From: a virus
Lineage: Duplodnaviria > Caudoviricetes
IMG/VR virus record: IMGVR_UViG_3300002220_000288
Span: 33,491 to 97,490 of that record
Reading direction: 5' to 3' (one strand)
DNA length: 64,000 nucleotides
Shown: positions 1 through 10,700 of the stretch, one piece after another
Position numbering within the stretch: position 1 is the stretch's first letter
Layout of the letters: every line of letters begins with the position of its first letter
The notes under the pieces: generated by a model
Told to the model about the DNA's origin: nothing
Seen by the model: only the letters and a program-made list of their open reading frames with translations
The model's database searches: none
Made by a program: the position numbers and the translations under genes

Positions 1-107
1 GTACCCTCCAACCCGGTTACAGGAGGCACTGGGAACGGAGCCATAGAAGCAGCGGCTGGCTTGGTCAGGTACTCAGAAAACGGTCCTAGTTGATCTTGTT
101 GTGCCAT
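1..107 (-). CDS. 5' part of a hypothetical virion/ejection protein (runs off the window)
   Basis: ATG at 107 gives MAQQDQLGPFSEYLTKPAAASMAPFP..., open to position 1, and starts 12 nt after the upstream stop. Confidence 0.5.
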   Translation of the reverse strand, partial: MAQQDQLGPFSEYLTKPAAASMAPFPVPPVTGLEG

Positions 108-119
108 GGTATCTCTTAA

Positions 120-842
120 TTAAAAGCCAGGAGGCATTACGCTACCGCCAAACCCGGAAGGCGAACCGGGCATATAGCTTGGCAGTCTATACCCGCTCAA
201 AGAGGTCATAAACGGGTTGGCTGTAGATGTTGGAAGGTTGGCCATGGCCGGAGTAGCTGATCCGCCTCCCCTGTTAAACAAACCAGACAGTCCGCCGCCA
301 GTTGCGATATTTCCAGCCGCACCAGCAAGGCTGCCGATCAATCCAAGTTGAGATGCTTTCTGTTGTTGCTGCATCTGCATGATTTGCTGGTTAGTTGTTC
401 CAGCGCCCTCTACTCCACGATAGCCAGCACCAGCCGACTGAAGGCCCACGCTACCAGCCTCTGAAGCAAGACCCTGAAGGGCGGGAAAAGCGGACAGATA
501 AGCTTGGTTCAGCATCGACGACTGCTGACCTGCCGCCTCGCGGCCTAGTTGTCCAAGTGCGGCTGTACGCGCAGCGCCAGGAGCCATCTCCATGATATTG
601 CCACGAGCCTGCTGAGTCATCCTGGTTAGATTGGCTAGAGGAATAGCCGATGCCGACATGATCTTTGTCGGGTCGCCGGATGCTAACTGAGTATAGTAAT
701 CTACTGCCGGAGCCTGTAGTTTTTGCCGCTGAGCAAGTCCTTCTTTGGATTGCTCGATAAAGTACTTGCCAAGCTCTTCTTGCTGCTGGCTAAGTGCTTG
801 TTGCCGTTGCTGTGTTTCTTTACGCTGTTTGCCGCCGCCCAT
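120..842 (-). CDS. Gln/Gly/Ala-rich putative internal virion (ejection/pilot) protein
   Basis: MGGGK start, Q-rich helical body, GLIGSLAGAAG glycine-zipper-like C-terminal segment; lies downstream of the tail genes. Confidence 0.6.
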   Translation of the reverse strand: MGGGKQRKETQQRQQALSQQQEELGKYFIEQSKEGLAQRQKLQAPAVDYYTQLASGDPTKIMSASAIPLANLTRMTQQARGNIMEMAPGAARTAALGQLGREAAGQQSSMLNQAYLSAFPALQGLASEAGSVGLQSAGAGYRGVEGAGTTNQQIMQMQQQQKASQLGLIGSLAGAAGNIATGGGLSGLFNRGGGSATPAMANLPTSTANPFMTSLSGYRLPSYMPGSPSGFGGSVMPPGF

Positions 843-868
843 AGATAAAAGGAGACTCCTCTACCTAG

Positions 869-898
869 ATTGTAGGTTTTAGAGTCTCCCAATATCAA
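869..898 (-). promoter_or_regulatory. sigma70-like promoter TTGATA-N18-TACAAT, with an 8-bp inverted repeat flanking the -10
   Basis: Forward tatcaa 893-898 and attgta 869-874; inverted repeat GGAGACTC (851-858) / GAGTCTCC (882-889). Confidence 0.5.
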
Positions 899-907
899 AG
901 TAAAATG

Positions 908-1885
908 CTATCCGAGGGTTGCGATTACTTGCGCTTCCAGTTCAGAACAGTAAGCCGGGTTAGCCAATAAGTACTGAGTTGCCTTCTCTTTACCCTGTAT
1001 CCGCTCTCCGTTTATCGTATACCAAGCCCCGCTTCGTTCGATAAATCCCTTTTCTTGACCAAGATCAATCAGGTCGCTTTCTCGGCTAAACCCTTCACCG
1101 TATACGATCTCGGTTTCGCACTCACGGAAAGGCGGGGCCAGCTTATTCTTTACGACTTTCACTTTTACAGTATTACCGACAACTAGCTCTCCGTCTTTGT
1201 GAAGAGTAGAGCGGAATGTTTGCATACGGACTGAGGCGTAGAACTTCAGCGCCTTTCCTCCGCTGGTGACGGTGGGATCTCCATACGATATTCCGATGGT
1301 AGACCGAATCTGGTTAATCATTAAAACGGCTGTGTTGGCGTCAGATGCTAGGTCAGCAAAGAGCGGACAAGCCTTAGACATCAGCCTTGCCACTATGCCA
1401 ACATTGGCATCTGCCATGTCGCCCTCAAAGACTACTCGGGGAACCAGTGATGCTACTGAGTCAAGTACAATCATGCCAAAAGCCTTAGACTGCAAACCGA
1501 ACTTGATGATATCCAACGCCTGCTCTCCGTTGTCAGGCTGGCTTATAATCAACTCGTCCATGTCGATACCGAGGTTACGGGCGTACTTCGGGTCGAGGGC
1601 GTGCTCTACGTCAACAAACAGGACGCTATAGCCTGCTTTCTGGCAGTTCGCGGCAGCTTGCAGGGCAAGTGTAGTCTTGCCAGACGATTCCATTCCAAAG
1701 ACTTCCGTAATCCTTCCACGAGGGATTCCGCCGATTCCTGTGGCGATGTCTATCTTTACGGAGCCAGTTGATATGACATCTACGTTAGGCTTTTTGTCTT
1801 TGGCGGTAATTACCGATTCATCGCCAAATTCCTTACGAGCCGACTTCAGGAACGACTCGATATTCTTCTTTGTTTCTTCGCTCAA
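908..1885 (-). CDS. recA: RecA recombinase
   Basis: GGIPRGRITEVFGMESSGKTT Walker A, DSVA, NQIR, GGKALKFYASVR, KNKLAPPFR; TTG start with AAAGGAGG RBS. Confidence 0.97.
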   Translation of the reverse strand: MSEETKKNIESFLKSARKEFGDESVITAKDKKPNVDVISTGSVKIDIATGIGGIPRGRITEVFGMESSGKTTLALQAAANCQKAGYSVLFVDVEHALDPKYARNLGIDMDELIISQPDNGEQALDIIKFGLQSKAFGMIVLDSVASLVPRVVFEGDMADANVGIVARLMSKACPLFADLASDANTAVLMINQIRSTIGISYGDPTVTSGGKALKFYASVRMQTFRSTLHKDGELVVGNTVKVKVVKNKLAPPFRECETEIVYGEGFSRESDLIDLGQEKGFIERSGAWYTINGERIQGKEKATQYLLANPAYCSELEAQVIATLG

Positions 1886-2381
1886 TCCATGCCTCCTTTG
1901 ATATGGCTGAGGTTACGCAAGCGTCGATCTTGCCTTGGTAGGTACAAAAATTATCGACTGGCTCGTATTGCCTTAGCCCTAGTCTTTTGGCGTATGCGAG
2001 TGCGGCTTTATTCGATAAAGGAGTTGTACCAAACAGAAAGTCGATACCGTACACGTCAAAGGTATAGTCTAGCATGAGACGGCCAGCGTGTAAAGCCTCG
2101 AAGATATTACAGTTAGGCATAAAACCAAACCCTAGTTCTGCCTTGACTACGGGAGGATCGGAGCCGATGACAAGCAGGTTGTCTATCCATCCTGCGCCGA
2201 TCAACTCCTCTCCCCTGAACGCCCCATAGAAAGCAGTTGCGTTCATTGCCCAGTCAAGAGCAAATTTAAGGTCGTGCGGGAATGCGTAAAAGACCTGATT
2301 GGCCCGTCCCGAGTGGACCATATTCAGATACCACAACCCGATTAGGTTTGAGTTTTTGTTTATCGGCGTAATTGTTATCAT
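1833..2381 (-). CDS. GNAT-fold acetyltransferase-like virion-associated protein
   Basis: C-terminal GTTPLSNKAALAYAKRLG resembles the GNAT N..A...(Y)..LGF motif; position typical of podovirus internal-protein modules. Confidence 0.55.
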   Translation of the reverse strand: MITITPINKNSNLIGLWYLNMVHSGRANQVFYAFPHDLKFALDWAMNATAFYGAFRGEELIGAGWIDNLLVIGSDPPVVKAELGFGFMPNCNIFEALHAGRLMLDYTFDVYGIDFLFGTTPLSNKAALAYAKRLGLRQYEPVDNFCTYQGKIDACVTSAISKEAWIERRNKEEYRVVPEVGS

Positions 2382-2889
2382 TCTTTTCGTACCTGTATAC
2401 CATCACAAAAGACGGCTCCATGTGGATTGTAAGTCCTGTGTCGTTTAGCCATACGGCCATTTTCACCAGCAGCTTGTTGTCTGGTTGTAGTAGTCCGCCA
2501 TCGGAAACGTCGTAGTCAAAACCAGCCCTGCGGGGTCCGCCGCCAGTTGCATCTTGGATATAGAGCATCGTGTTGTCGGCACCCCAATCCATCTTCGTGC
2601 TCCCATCAGGGGCGGTTGTCTGCAAGCCTAAAAGCACGCCAGCAAACTTCCCTGGCTCAACTTTCCCGATAGGCCAAGCCAAGAAGTCACCGTACACGCG
2701 GAGAATCCGAACTCGATACCCAGGCGGAGGGTTAAACGTGATAGCCTTTACCGCGTATCCGGCAGTCCCCCATGTGTCCTGACGAAAATCAGGCTCGCCT
2801 TTGATATCAACGGATAGGTTAGTTGCGGCAGAGTAGGTCTGCGCTACTGAAGAAAGTGCAGTAAATAAGACCAAAATCAACTTAGTCAT
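2266..2889 (-). CDS. Exported hypothetical protein with signal peptide
   Basis: Likely start MTKLILVLFTALSSVAQ at 2889, ATGA-coupled to the upstream stop. Confidence 0.6.
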   Translation of the reverse strand: MTKLILVLFTALSSVAQTYSAATNLSVDIKGEPDFRQDTWGTAGYAVKAITFNPPPGYRVRILRVYGDFLAWPIGKVEPGKFAGVLLGLQTTAPDGSTKMDWGADNTMLYIQDATGGGPRRAGFDYDVSDGGLLQPDNKLLVKMAVWLNDTGLTIHMEPSFVMVYRYEKNDNNYADKQKLKPNRVVVSEYGPLGTGQSGLLRIPARP

Positions 2890-3212
2890 GCTGCTTCTAG
2901 CTCCTTCTTCAACGGGAGGACCCATTCCAAATCGTTAGGCGAAAAGTTATTGTGAGAGGAGAGTAGTTCTAGCAACCGCTTTCGCTCTTCCTTCTCTATC
3001 TCGAAAGTCTCTCTCCCGCTGGCATTAGCAGAGACTTCATCAATGATGATCTCGCCAGTCGGCAACGCTTGAAGGTACTGTTCTCGGTCCTTTACCTTAA
3101 TCTTGTTTCTGATATCGTAAAAGACTTCGATATCGGCCACTGATCCTCGCTGCTGTCCGAGAAGGACTTCTAGAAATATTCGCTGCTTAATGCTTAATTC
3201 AATTGATGCCAT
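2886..3212 (-). CDS. Hypothetical protein (possible tail-fibre chaperone), probably leaderless
   Basis: MASIELSIKQ start at 3212, 6 nt after TATAAT; follows the tail fibre gene. Confidence 0.6.
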   Translation of the reverse strand: MASIELSIKQRIFLEVLLGQQRGSVADIEVFYDIRNKIKVKDREQYLQALPTGEIIIDEVSANASGRETFEIEKEERKRLLELLSSHNNFSPNDLEWVLPLKKELEAA

Positions 3213-3219
3213 ATCGCCA

Positions 3220-6200
3220 TTATACAATACTGGTGATAATTCCGTTCGTTACCGTTACCGTCTTACTGTCTGCGGTGGTGAAGGTGCCGGATTTTCCGGT
3301 AGCGCCTCCAAATATATTAAAGCTAGTGGCCCCGCACCCAGCGTTCATATTGATCCCGCCGTTAGATATCCAGACTCCTCCATTGTCAATCAAGGACGCC
3401 CCTCTTAGTCGATAAGGCGCTCCACTACTGTTGTAGCTAGTGTCAAAGTAAGAGGTTGTCGATGAGCCGTTAAAGAACCCGCTGCTGGTTACGTTTGCAA
3501 AGGTGACGCTATTTCCAGTCCCGACTGCCTGACCGATTGCAATAGTGGCTGTCGTCGTCCCAGTGATAGAAATGCCAGTCCCGGCGCTTAGCCTGCTTGA
3601 TATGTTTTGCCACTGTATACTTGTTCCTGTACTAGCTAATAATTGGTTGCTGGAGCCAGCAGAGCCACCGGCAGTCAGTGCTCCGCCTATATCCATACCG
3701 TAAGTGTACATATTGCCGTACCTTAAGGATATGCCTCCTATACTCCCTAGTCCATCGAATCCTGGACGGAGTGCTCCGCTCATGGTATTAGTCGATCCAT
3801 TCAGCAAGACATTCCCTGTTATTGTCCCTGCTCCGCTGAAATCAAAATCCTTAAACCAAGCCTTTTCCCATCTTTGAGTGGTCGAGCCGAGGCTCGGATA
3901 GACGGTATCTGTGACAGCATCGCCGCCAGATACGCTCCTGAGCGCCGGTATGAAGTCGCTATAGCAAAACGTGTAATTTACAGCGGAGCCACCGGAGGCT
4001 CTCCAGCCAACTATTAGACGGCTCCCTGCATTGTCTTTGATAGTAAAATTGCTTGCACCTATCGTAGAGGCATTTGCAAAAGTATCCCAATACCCTGCCC
4101 CTCCGGCTAGGTCTACTATTCTGATTAGCCTTGACTTCACGTAGTCGCCAACGCTTCCGACTTGAGCCGTGTCTATGAACTTTGCATAAACCGATCTAAC
4201 CCTATTGCTGGATAATATCCCGATGTCATAGGTATCGCTTGCTGCCGGAATTAGCATCCCAGTGGAACCAATCGTCCACCTAGTAGTATTGTCCGTTCTG
4301 AGGTTAAGAGGCGCAGAGGTGGTCGGGCCAACGGTTCCTGTGGTTACGGCTGTAAAGGTTGGAGATGACGTAGTTGCGATATCTTGCGGCAGGCTTAGGG
4401 TCACTGATCCTGTCGATGCTGATACATTTACCTGATTAGTAGTTCCAGTCAGGGAAGTGACGCCACTATTAGTGATGGTTATTGTATTTGTGGCTGATGC
4501 AATCGAAATTCCAGTACTTGCTGCAATAGTTATTGATGGACCAGTCTGAGAGTTTATTGAGGTAATCGCGCCCACGCTTGAGACAGCCTGCCAGCTACCT
4601 ACGCCAGAAGCATCAGATGTCCAAATATACCCATTGCTTGCCCCGGTAGGGAACGTAATAGTGCCAGTGGCTGTCAAATTTGCGAATGACCCACCTCTGC
4701 TGGTGTCAATAGCAGTAACGTTATTGATCTTGATCGGGATTCCTTTGAAATCCGCTGCGTTGTTAGCCGGAGTGTTCCTGTCGGCCCATATCTGAAAGAA
4801 TGTATTCAATAAAGGATCCGCGAATCCTCTCACAATAGCTGCGCTACTGGTCCTATAGACTTCGCAGTATGGATACCAGTCGGAAGGATTATCACTTCTA
4901 GTAGTGAAGTAATTAGGACCCATGGCAGATAAGGACGATATAGACGAGCTGGAGACCTGAACAGCGCCGTAAAGATTCCCAGGCTTTATTGATACCGTTC
5001 CGCTATCAAATCCAGAGGTAGCTGTATTTGTAGCCTCTATGTTCATTCCAACTAATTCTAAAAGCCCAGCGGATGTGGCGTAAAGCCTTGGGGTAGCCGT
5101 CGTGCTGATAGATGGGGCTATGAGTAAATTCTTGAAATATCCACCCACAAAAGAAACAGGAGAAGTTATATCTCCGATAAAACCAATCACATTACTGCTG
5201 GAGTCTACCACCGTAAACCTAGTCGGCTTCCCGCCGCCCTGTCCAACGAGGATCTCCCCGGCGAAAAGTTCTGTCGTGCTAATTGCCCCGGCCGCAATCT
5301 TTCCGCCAGTGATTGAGTTGGCGACAATATCATCGCCGTCCGTGGCAACCGTCCAGATAGACCCAGTTGAACGATACAGCTTGTCGTCAGTGGTCAGGAA
5401 TACAACTGCTCCCTCTGGGTAGGAAGAAGAAGGCAGTGAGGGCAAGCTGTTTACGATTTCAACCGGCCTAATGGTAGATGCAAACGCTGCGGTTGTGATT
5501 GTAGCCGGTGCTATTTGAGTGATTCCACCACTAGAGGTTACTGAAATATTTGAAGTCGGAGGAGTTGTAGTGTTGACTACTTTCCGGTAGTTGACTGACT
5601 CAGATTTGAAAATCCAATACTCCGCGCTGCCAGGGAGAGGCCACCAATCTGCCTGAGAAGAAGGGTCTACCGTTTCAGCGACTACAGCGTAAGCGGTCTT
5701 CACTGTGCCGTTGCCTGTCCCTGTTCCTCCGGTCTTCATGAATATAACGCCGACTGTATTTGCAGAAGCGCCTATGGCAGTGAAATTAGTAGTGCCGACC
5801 GATGTTATCTCGAACATCGCGCCATTTTGGGCCGAAGTCAAAGCAGTCGCATTTGCAGTGATTGGATTATACCCTGAATCGGTTGCGATTCTTGATATTC
5901 TCGCGAAGTAGTAGTCTGGGTCGGCAGGCTTGGTGAAGTTAAACGCGAATCTACCACTCGGCACACCTGCTCTATTAGAAGTCTCGACCTGCACGCTGAA
6001 ATTTGTCACTTGGTCTGCTAGTCCCCATGCTGGAATCGTGAGAGTTTTATAGTAAGACGGTATGGTTTCGTCTGGCTGGTCGAGCCTGTAAGTGTTTTTA
6101 TTTGCTGCAATAGCAACGACGTAAGTAGCTCCTGCCGATGGCCATTCCTGCCAAGTGCCAGCGACTGCATCAGCGGCTATCTCGATCCACGCCCCAGACA

Positions 6201-7713
6201 CAGGCGTTGACATTCTTTGCCAGAAAAGAGAGTAGTAATCCGCGTCAGGCGCTGGAGTGGTTATTGTCGCGCTTACGAATATAGAAGAATTCCCTGCTTC
6301 GTCTATCGAGTATTGAAGTGCGTTAAGCAACCAAGCGCTGCTTCCGGGTTGTGTCGATGGGTTTAATGGAGTGATTCCGCCAGACGCAGGAACTGTTACG
6401 TTTACAGTTGGCGGAGTTGTGTTGTTTGCTATCTCTCTGTGGTTTACCGACCTGCATCTAAACTTCCAGTATTCAGCGTTTGTAGGAAGCGGCCAGTAGT
6501 CTACCTGCGTAAACGGGTTTATTTCACCGGCTATCCTTGTCCATTGTGCAAATACTTGCTCTGTACCTGCCGGGGGATTCGTCGTCAACTTCAACTGAGT
6601 ATTGCTGATAACTTCCGATACGATATAGGCGCTTGATTCTGGTAGATTAGGCCCGGCAGATATATATACGGTGTCGCCCGGTTGGACATGCGTGAAGTAC
6701 TGACCTCTAAATGTATCGCTATATATGCTTGATGTAGAGTTGTAAGTTGCCGTATTTCCGCTTACATCAACTATGGCAGTAGCTCCGATATTGCCAGTGA
6801 ATGTGTTACTTACGTACCAAAGTCTCTCGATGGAAGAATAGTAATACTCAGGGTCCAGTGGTTTGTCGAAATTTACGATATACCTTCCGCTTGGAATATC
6901 GGACTGAGCCTGTTTTTCTACAGAGACAAAAAAGTTCGTGACCTGCGGAGCGTCTGCCCAAGGCCCGAAAATAAGCCGCTTGTAATTTACGCCATCAGGA
7001 GGCTTGGCCGTTCTCTGTTCTTTTGTGCTTGCAGTCAGGCAGCATGGAACATTCCATCCTGTAGGCGGCCTCAGTTGCCAAGTGCCAGCCTCTGCGTCTG
7101 CTGCTATCTCCTCCCAGGCCCCATCAATCGGATTCAAATTGAAGGCAACGTTAGACTGGACACCGGCGCTAGTTGTAAGGACCAAAGACTCAAACGGAGC
7201 GGATGGATTGGCGGATATGACGTAGGTGACAGAGTTGATGTTCATCTCTTGCCCAGCTACACAGTTCTCAAACGTATTGCCAGCTTCCTTACTGGCCGAA
7301 GTAAGAGTTACCGCCGTGCCGTTTGTATCCACAAATCCAGATGCGTAATCCTGGATGAACATGGTGTAGTAGTCAACACTGGGAGGCTTGCTGCTAATGG
7401 AAGCGCTGGCAAATCCATACTGCAATCCGTCCTCTCCGGCTGAATAAACTACCGGATTAAGAGTCCAGTCTGAGGCTGCTGGCTGCGGGATTCCGCCTTC
7501 CGGCTGAGGCGGAGGAGGGTTGGTAGACTTGTCTCCGGCTGCTGATATCACGCCAGATCGCGTGAATTTCTTTGATGCAGCATCCGTCTCATCTCTCGCT
7601 GTGGTTATCTTTGAGTAAAGATCGTTGATTACCTGATTTAAGCGGTAAAGCTCTTGGTCATCCAGGTCTTCTTTTCTTACTGATAGTCTGCTATCTGGTT
7701 CTTTTGTTTCCAT
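3220..7713 (-). CDS. Large tail fibre / host-specificity protein (1497 aa)
   Basis: Ser/Thr/Gly-rich; IVANSITGGKIAAGAISTT fibre repeat; C-terminal GTFTTADSKTVTVTNGIIT motif common in phage fibres; internal duplication. Confidence 0.8.
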   Translation of the reverse strand: METKEPDSRLSVRKEDLDDQELYRLNQVINDLYSKITTARDETDAASKKFTRSGVISAAGDKSTNPPPPQPEGGIPQPAASDWTLNPVVYSAGEDGLQYGFASASISSKPPSVDYYTMFIQDYASGFVDTNGTAVTLTSASKEAGNTFENCVAGQEMNINSVTYVISANPSAPFESLVLTTSAGVQSNVAFNLNPIDGAWEEIAADAEAGTWQLRPPTGWNVPCCLTASTKEQRTAKPPDGVNYKRLIFGPWADAPQVTNFFVSVEKQAQSDIPSGRYIVNFDKPLDPEYYYSSIERLWYVSNTFTGNIGATAIVDVSGNTATYNSTSSIYSDTFRGQYFTHVQPGDTVYISAGPNLPESSAYIVSEVISNTQLKLTTNPPAGTEQVFAQWTRIAGEINPFTQVDYWPLPTNAEYWKFRCRSVNHREIANNTTPPTVNVTVPASGGITPLNPSTQPGSSAWLLNALQYSIDEAGNSSIFVSATITTPAPDADYYSLFWQRMSTPVSGAWIEIAADAVAGTWQEWPSAGATYVVAIAANKNTYRLDQPDETIPSYYKTLTIPAWGLADQVTNFSVQVETSNRAGVPSGRFAFNFTKPADPDYYFARISRIATDSGYNPITANATALTSAQNGAMFEITSVGTTNFTAIGASANTVGVIFMKTGGTGTGNGTVKTAYAVVAETVDPSSQADWWPLPGSAEYWIFKSESVNYRKVVNTTTPPTSNISVTSSGGITQIAPATITTAAFASTIRPVEIVNSLPSLPSSSYPEGAVVFLTTDDKLYRSTGSIWTVATDGDDIVANSITGGKIAAGAISTTELFAGEILVGQGGGKPTRFTVVDSSSNVIGFIGDITSPVSFVGGYFKNLLIAPSISTTATPRLYATSAGLLELVGMNIEATNTATSGFDSGTVSIKPGNLYGAVQVSSSSISSLSAMGPNYFTTRSDNPSDWYPYCEVYRTSSAAIVRGFADPLLNTFFQIWADRNTPANNAADFKGIPIKINNVTAIDTSRGGSFANLTATGTITFPTGASNGYIWTSDASGVGSWQAVSSVGAITSINSQTGPSITIAASTGISIASATNTITITNSGVTSLTGTTNQVNVSASTGSVTLSLPQDIATTSSPTFTAVTTGTVGPTTSAPLNLRTDNTTRWTIGSTGMLIPAASDTYDIGILSSNRVRSVYAKFIDTAQVGSVGDYVKSRLIRIVDLAGGAGYWDTFANASTIGASNFTIKDNAGSRLIVGWRASGGSAVNYTFCYSDFIPALRSVSGGDAVTDTVYPSLGSTTQRWEKAWFKDFDFSGAGTITGNVLLNGSTNTMSGALRPGFDGLGSIGGISLRYGNMYTYGMDIGGALTAGGSAGSSNQLLASTGTSIQWQNISSRLSAGTGISITGTTTATIAIGQAVGTGNSVTFANVTSSGFFNGSSTTSYFDTSYNSSGAPYRLRGASLIDNGGVWISNGGINMNAGCGATSFNIFGGATGKSGTFTTADSKTVTVTNGIITSIV

Positions 7714-7716
7714 GCT

Positions 7717-10700
7717 TTACACCGCAAGTTGCATATTGGTCCACGGGATGAACTGGTAGTAGCCTTGCCGCTGGTCTGCCGATAGGTTGATGTATTCCAG
7801 TCGAGAGGTGTCCCTGTACCATTTGAAAGGCTTTGATGGGTCTACAGCCTCTATTATAATACGGTGTTTCTTGCTCTTGTTTATTACGCTCCCGTTTTTA
7901 ACAGGCAAGTAAAACCGCTGCACTTCTCTTGCGGCATGAGGAGGCAGTGTCTTGGAGTAAAAAAGGACGTTATCTTCGTTGTAGAATTTAACAATGATAT
8001 CTCCGTCGCACTTGTAGTCCGCCCAGAACTGCTTTAGTACGGTATACCCGGCGCTGCCAAGACCTTGCTCGTAGCTGTCAAGAAACACGAATGGGCAAGA
8101 GTCCTTTACCGTGTTAAAGTTCGGCGCTCCAAACACTTGAGCTTTACCGCCTGCGCCTGGGTCAAAGGTCAAGCGGTACATTTTCCCGATTATCTCCGTG
8201 TTGTTTTGAGCGGTCAAAAACACTTGACGAGATTCGCTAGTTGTGTTGACCGTAAAGGTCTGTTTAGCCACGCCATCGACTTCAAGGGTAACAGTGCAAT
8301 TCACTCCCCCGGTGTCAATGGAAAGCCCTACGCCACGAAATATCTTATCGCAAGGATACTCAAGGTCGGTCCACTCGGAAAACTTCTGGATGTCTGGTGG
8401 GTAAGGGACGGTGTTTCCGAACCTGTATCCCCACATTTTGAAGTCTGGGTCAAGTCGATTAGACCTGCCCCCAGTAGAGAGCGCCCTGATTCTTACCATT
8501 TTGCAAATAGTCTCGTTTACAGGGAATGTCTTGTATCCACGACCAGTAGAGTTAAGCGTGAAAGTCTGAACTGCAAGATTTTCAGTATTTCCGTTAATGC
8601 CAGTGATCGTGTCAAGCGCTACAACTACGTCCTTGCCGTTAGTCTCAAACTCAATAGTTATCTCGCTGATCTTCTTGTCGTATGGGTGATCTAAGTTATC
8701 CCAGTCGAACGTATGGTAGACAGGGCCTTTGTCCGCTGGACGGAATACAGGCTTGTACTCCCAGAGCTGGAACCTTCCGCCAGAAGGAATCTGGTCTGGG
8801 TTTACTTGCAGCCTCATTGTTTGGAATGTGATCGCAGGGTTGAGAGTGCAGTTAAAGTTCCTATCTTGCTGCGTTCCCTCGACAACAACCCTTTGCTTCC
8901 AGACGCCATCACAATACACGTCAACAGGGATTTGATAGCCGTTGGTGTTAATATCGAATGTGATCTGCTCGGCATACTTCATGTAGTCGTAGCCAAAGTC
9001 AGTCCAAGGAGTAGAGAGGACAATTGGCTTCGGCAGATTCTCGAATTCAAACTTCTGGTCAAATAACTGGAACTTCCCGTTGGCGGGAATGCTGGTTACA
9101 TTAAGACGGACAAGTTTCGCTATGAGATCCTTCTTTAACGGGATCGGCTGCATCCTGTTGTTTGCGGTCCCGTTAATAGTGACTGTCTGAAGAACAGCAC
9201 CGTCACCCTCTACGTTCACCGTTACGTTTTGCCCATTAGTATCGCAGTTTACGTAGAGCTGATAGAATCTCTTTTCGTATTCATATCCAAGGTCAGACCA
9301 GTCGGTGAAGTTCACAATATCAGCAGGGTACTGAATGACATTGCTAAACTTGTACCCATACATCTTAAAAGATGCCGGAAGGACTGACGTGGTAGGTGAG
9401 CCGGAACCAATTGCTCGAATCCGAATCATCTTGCAGACGGTCTCAGGAATAGCAAACGTCTTGAACCCCCTAATGCCGCTGGTGTTCGGAAGTGTCAAGG
9501 TCTGGAACGCTAGGGTCTGAGTGGTTCCGTTTATTCCTGAAAGGGTGTCAAGGGCGATCTTTACATCGTCAGCCGCCCCCGTCTCGAATTCAATAGTTAC
9601 CTCAGTTAGCTTCTTGTCATACGGGTATTGGAGATCATCCCAGTCAAAGGTGTGGAATACTTCACCTTTGTCTGCCGGTCGGAATATAGGCCGGTAATCC
9701 CACAACTGGAACCTTCCGTTCGCAGGAACAGTTCCGACCTCTAATCGCATCGTTCGAAATGTCAACGCTGGATTTAGAGTTATGATCTGGTTGCGGTTTG
9801 CTTGAGTGCCTGTGACGTTGACGGTTTGCATTAAAACTCCGTCGCCATAGATGCTAACAGGTACTGATTGATTATTTGTGTTTACATCAAAACTGATCTG
9901 CTCTGCGTACTTCAGGTAGTCATATCCAAAATCATTCCAAGGGGTAGATAGAACGATTGGCTTAGGAAGGCTCTCGTAATCGAACTTGTAGTCAAAAAGT
10001 TGGAATTTCCCTCCAGCCGGAACGCTAACTACGTTCAACCTAATCAACTTGCTGATTATGTCCTTGTTGATCGGGATCGGCTGCATCCTGTTTGTAGCAG
10101 TGCCGTTGATCGTAACAGTCTGCAACACGGATCCATCGCCTTCGATATTAACGCTTACGTTCTGACCGTTGGTGTCACAATTGACGTACAACTGGTATAT
10201 GCGCTTCTCGTACTGGTAGCCTAAATCAGACCAATCGGTAAAGTTTACAATATCGGCAGGATACTGAACAACGTTGCTAATCTTGTATCCGTACATCTTA
10301 AACGAGGCTGGAAGGACCGAAGTGGTCGGAGATCCAGAGCCAATAGCTCGTATCCGAACCATCTTGCAAACTGTTTCATTTATCGGGAACGTCTTGAAGC
10401 CACGGACTCCCGAAGTGTTTGGCAGCGTAAGCGTTTGAAACGCCAGTGTCTGAGTAGCGCCATCCACTCCTGAGATAGTATCAATTGCAATCTTTACATC
10501 ATCAGAAGCCCCGGTCTCGAATTCGATGCTAATCTCTGTCAGCTTTTTATCGTAAGGGTATTGTAGATCATCCCAATCGAAAGTGTGATAGACCTCGCCT
10601 TTGTCGGCTGGCCGGAAGATCGGCCTATAATCCCAAAGCTGGAATCGACCACCAGCGGGGACAGTCCCGACCTCTAGCCGCATAGTGCGGAATGTCAGCG

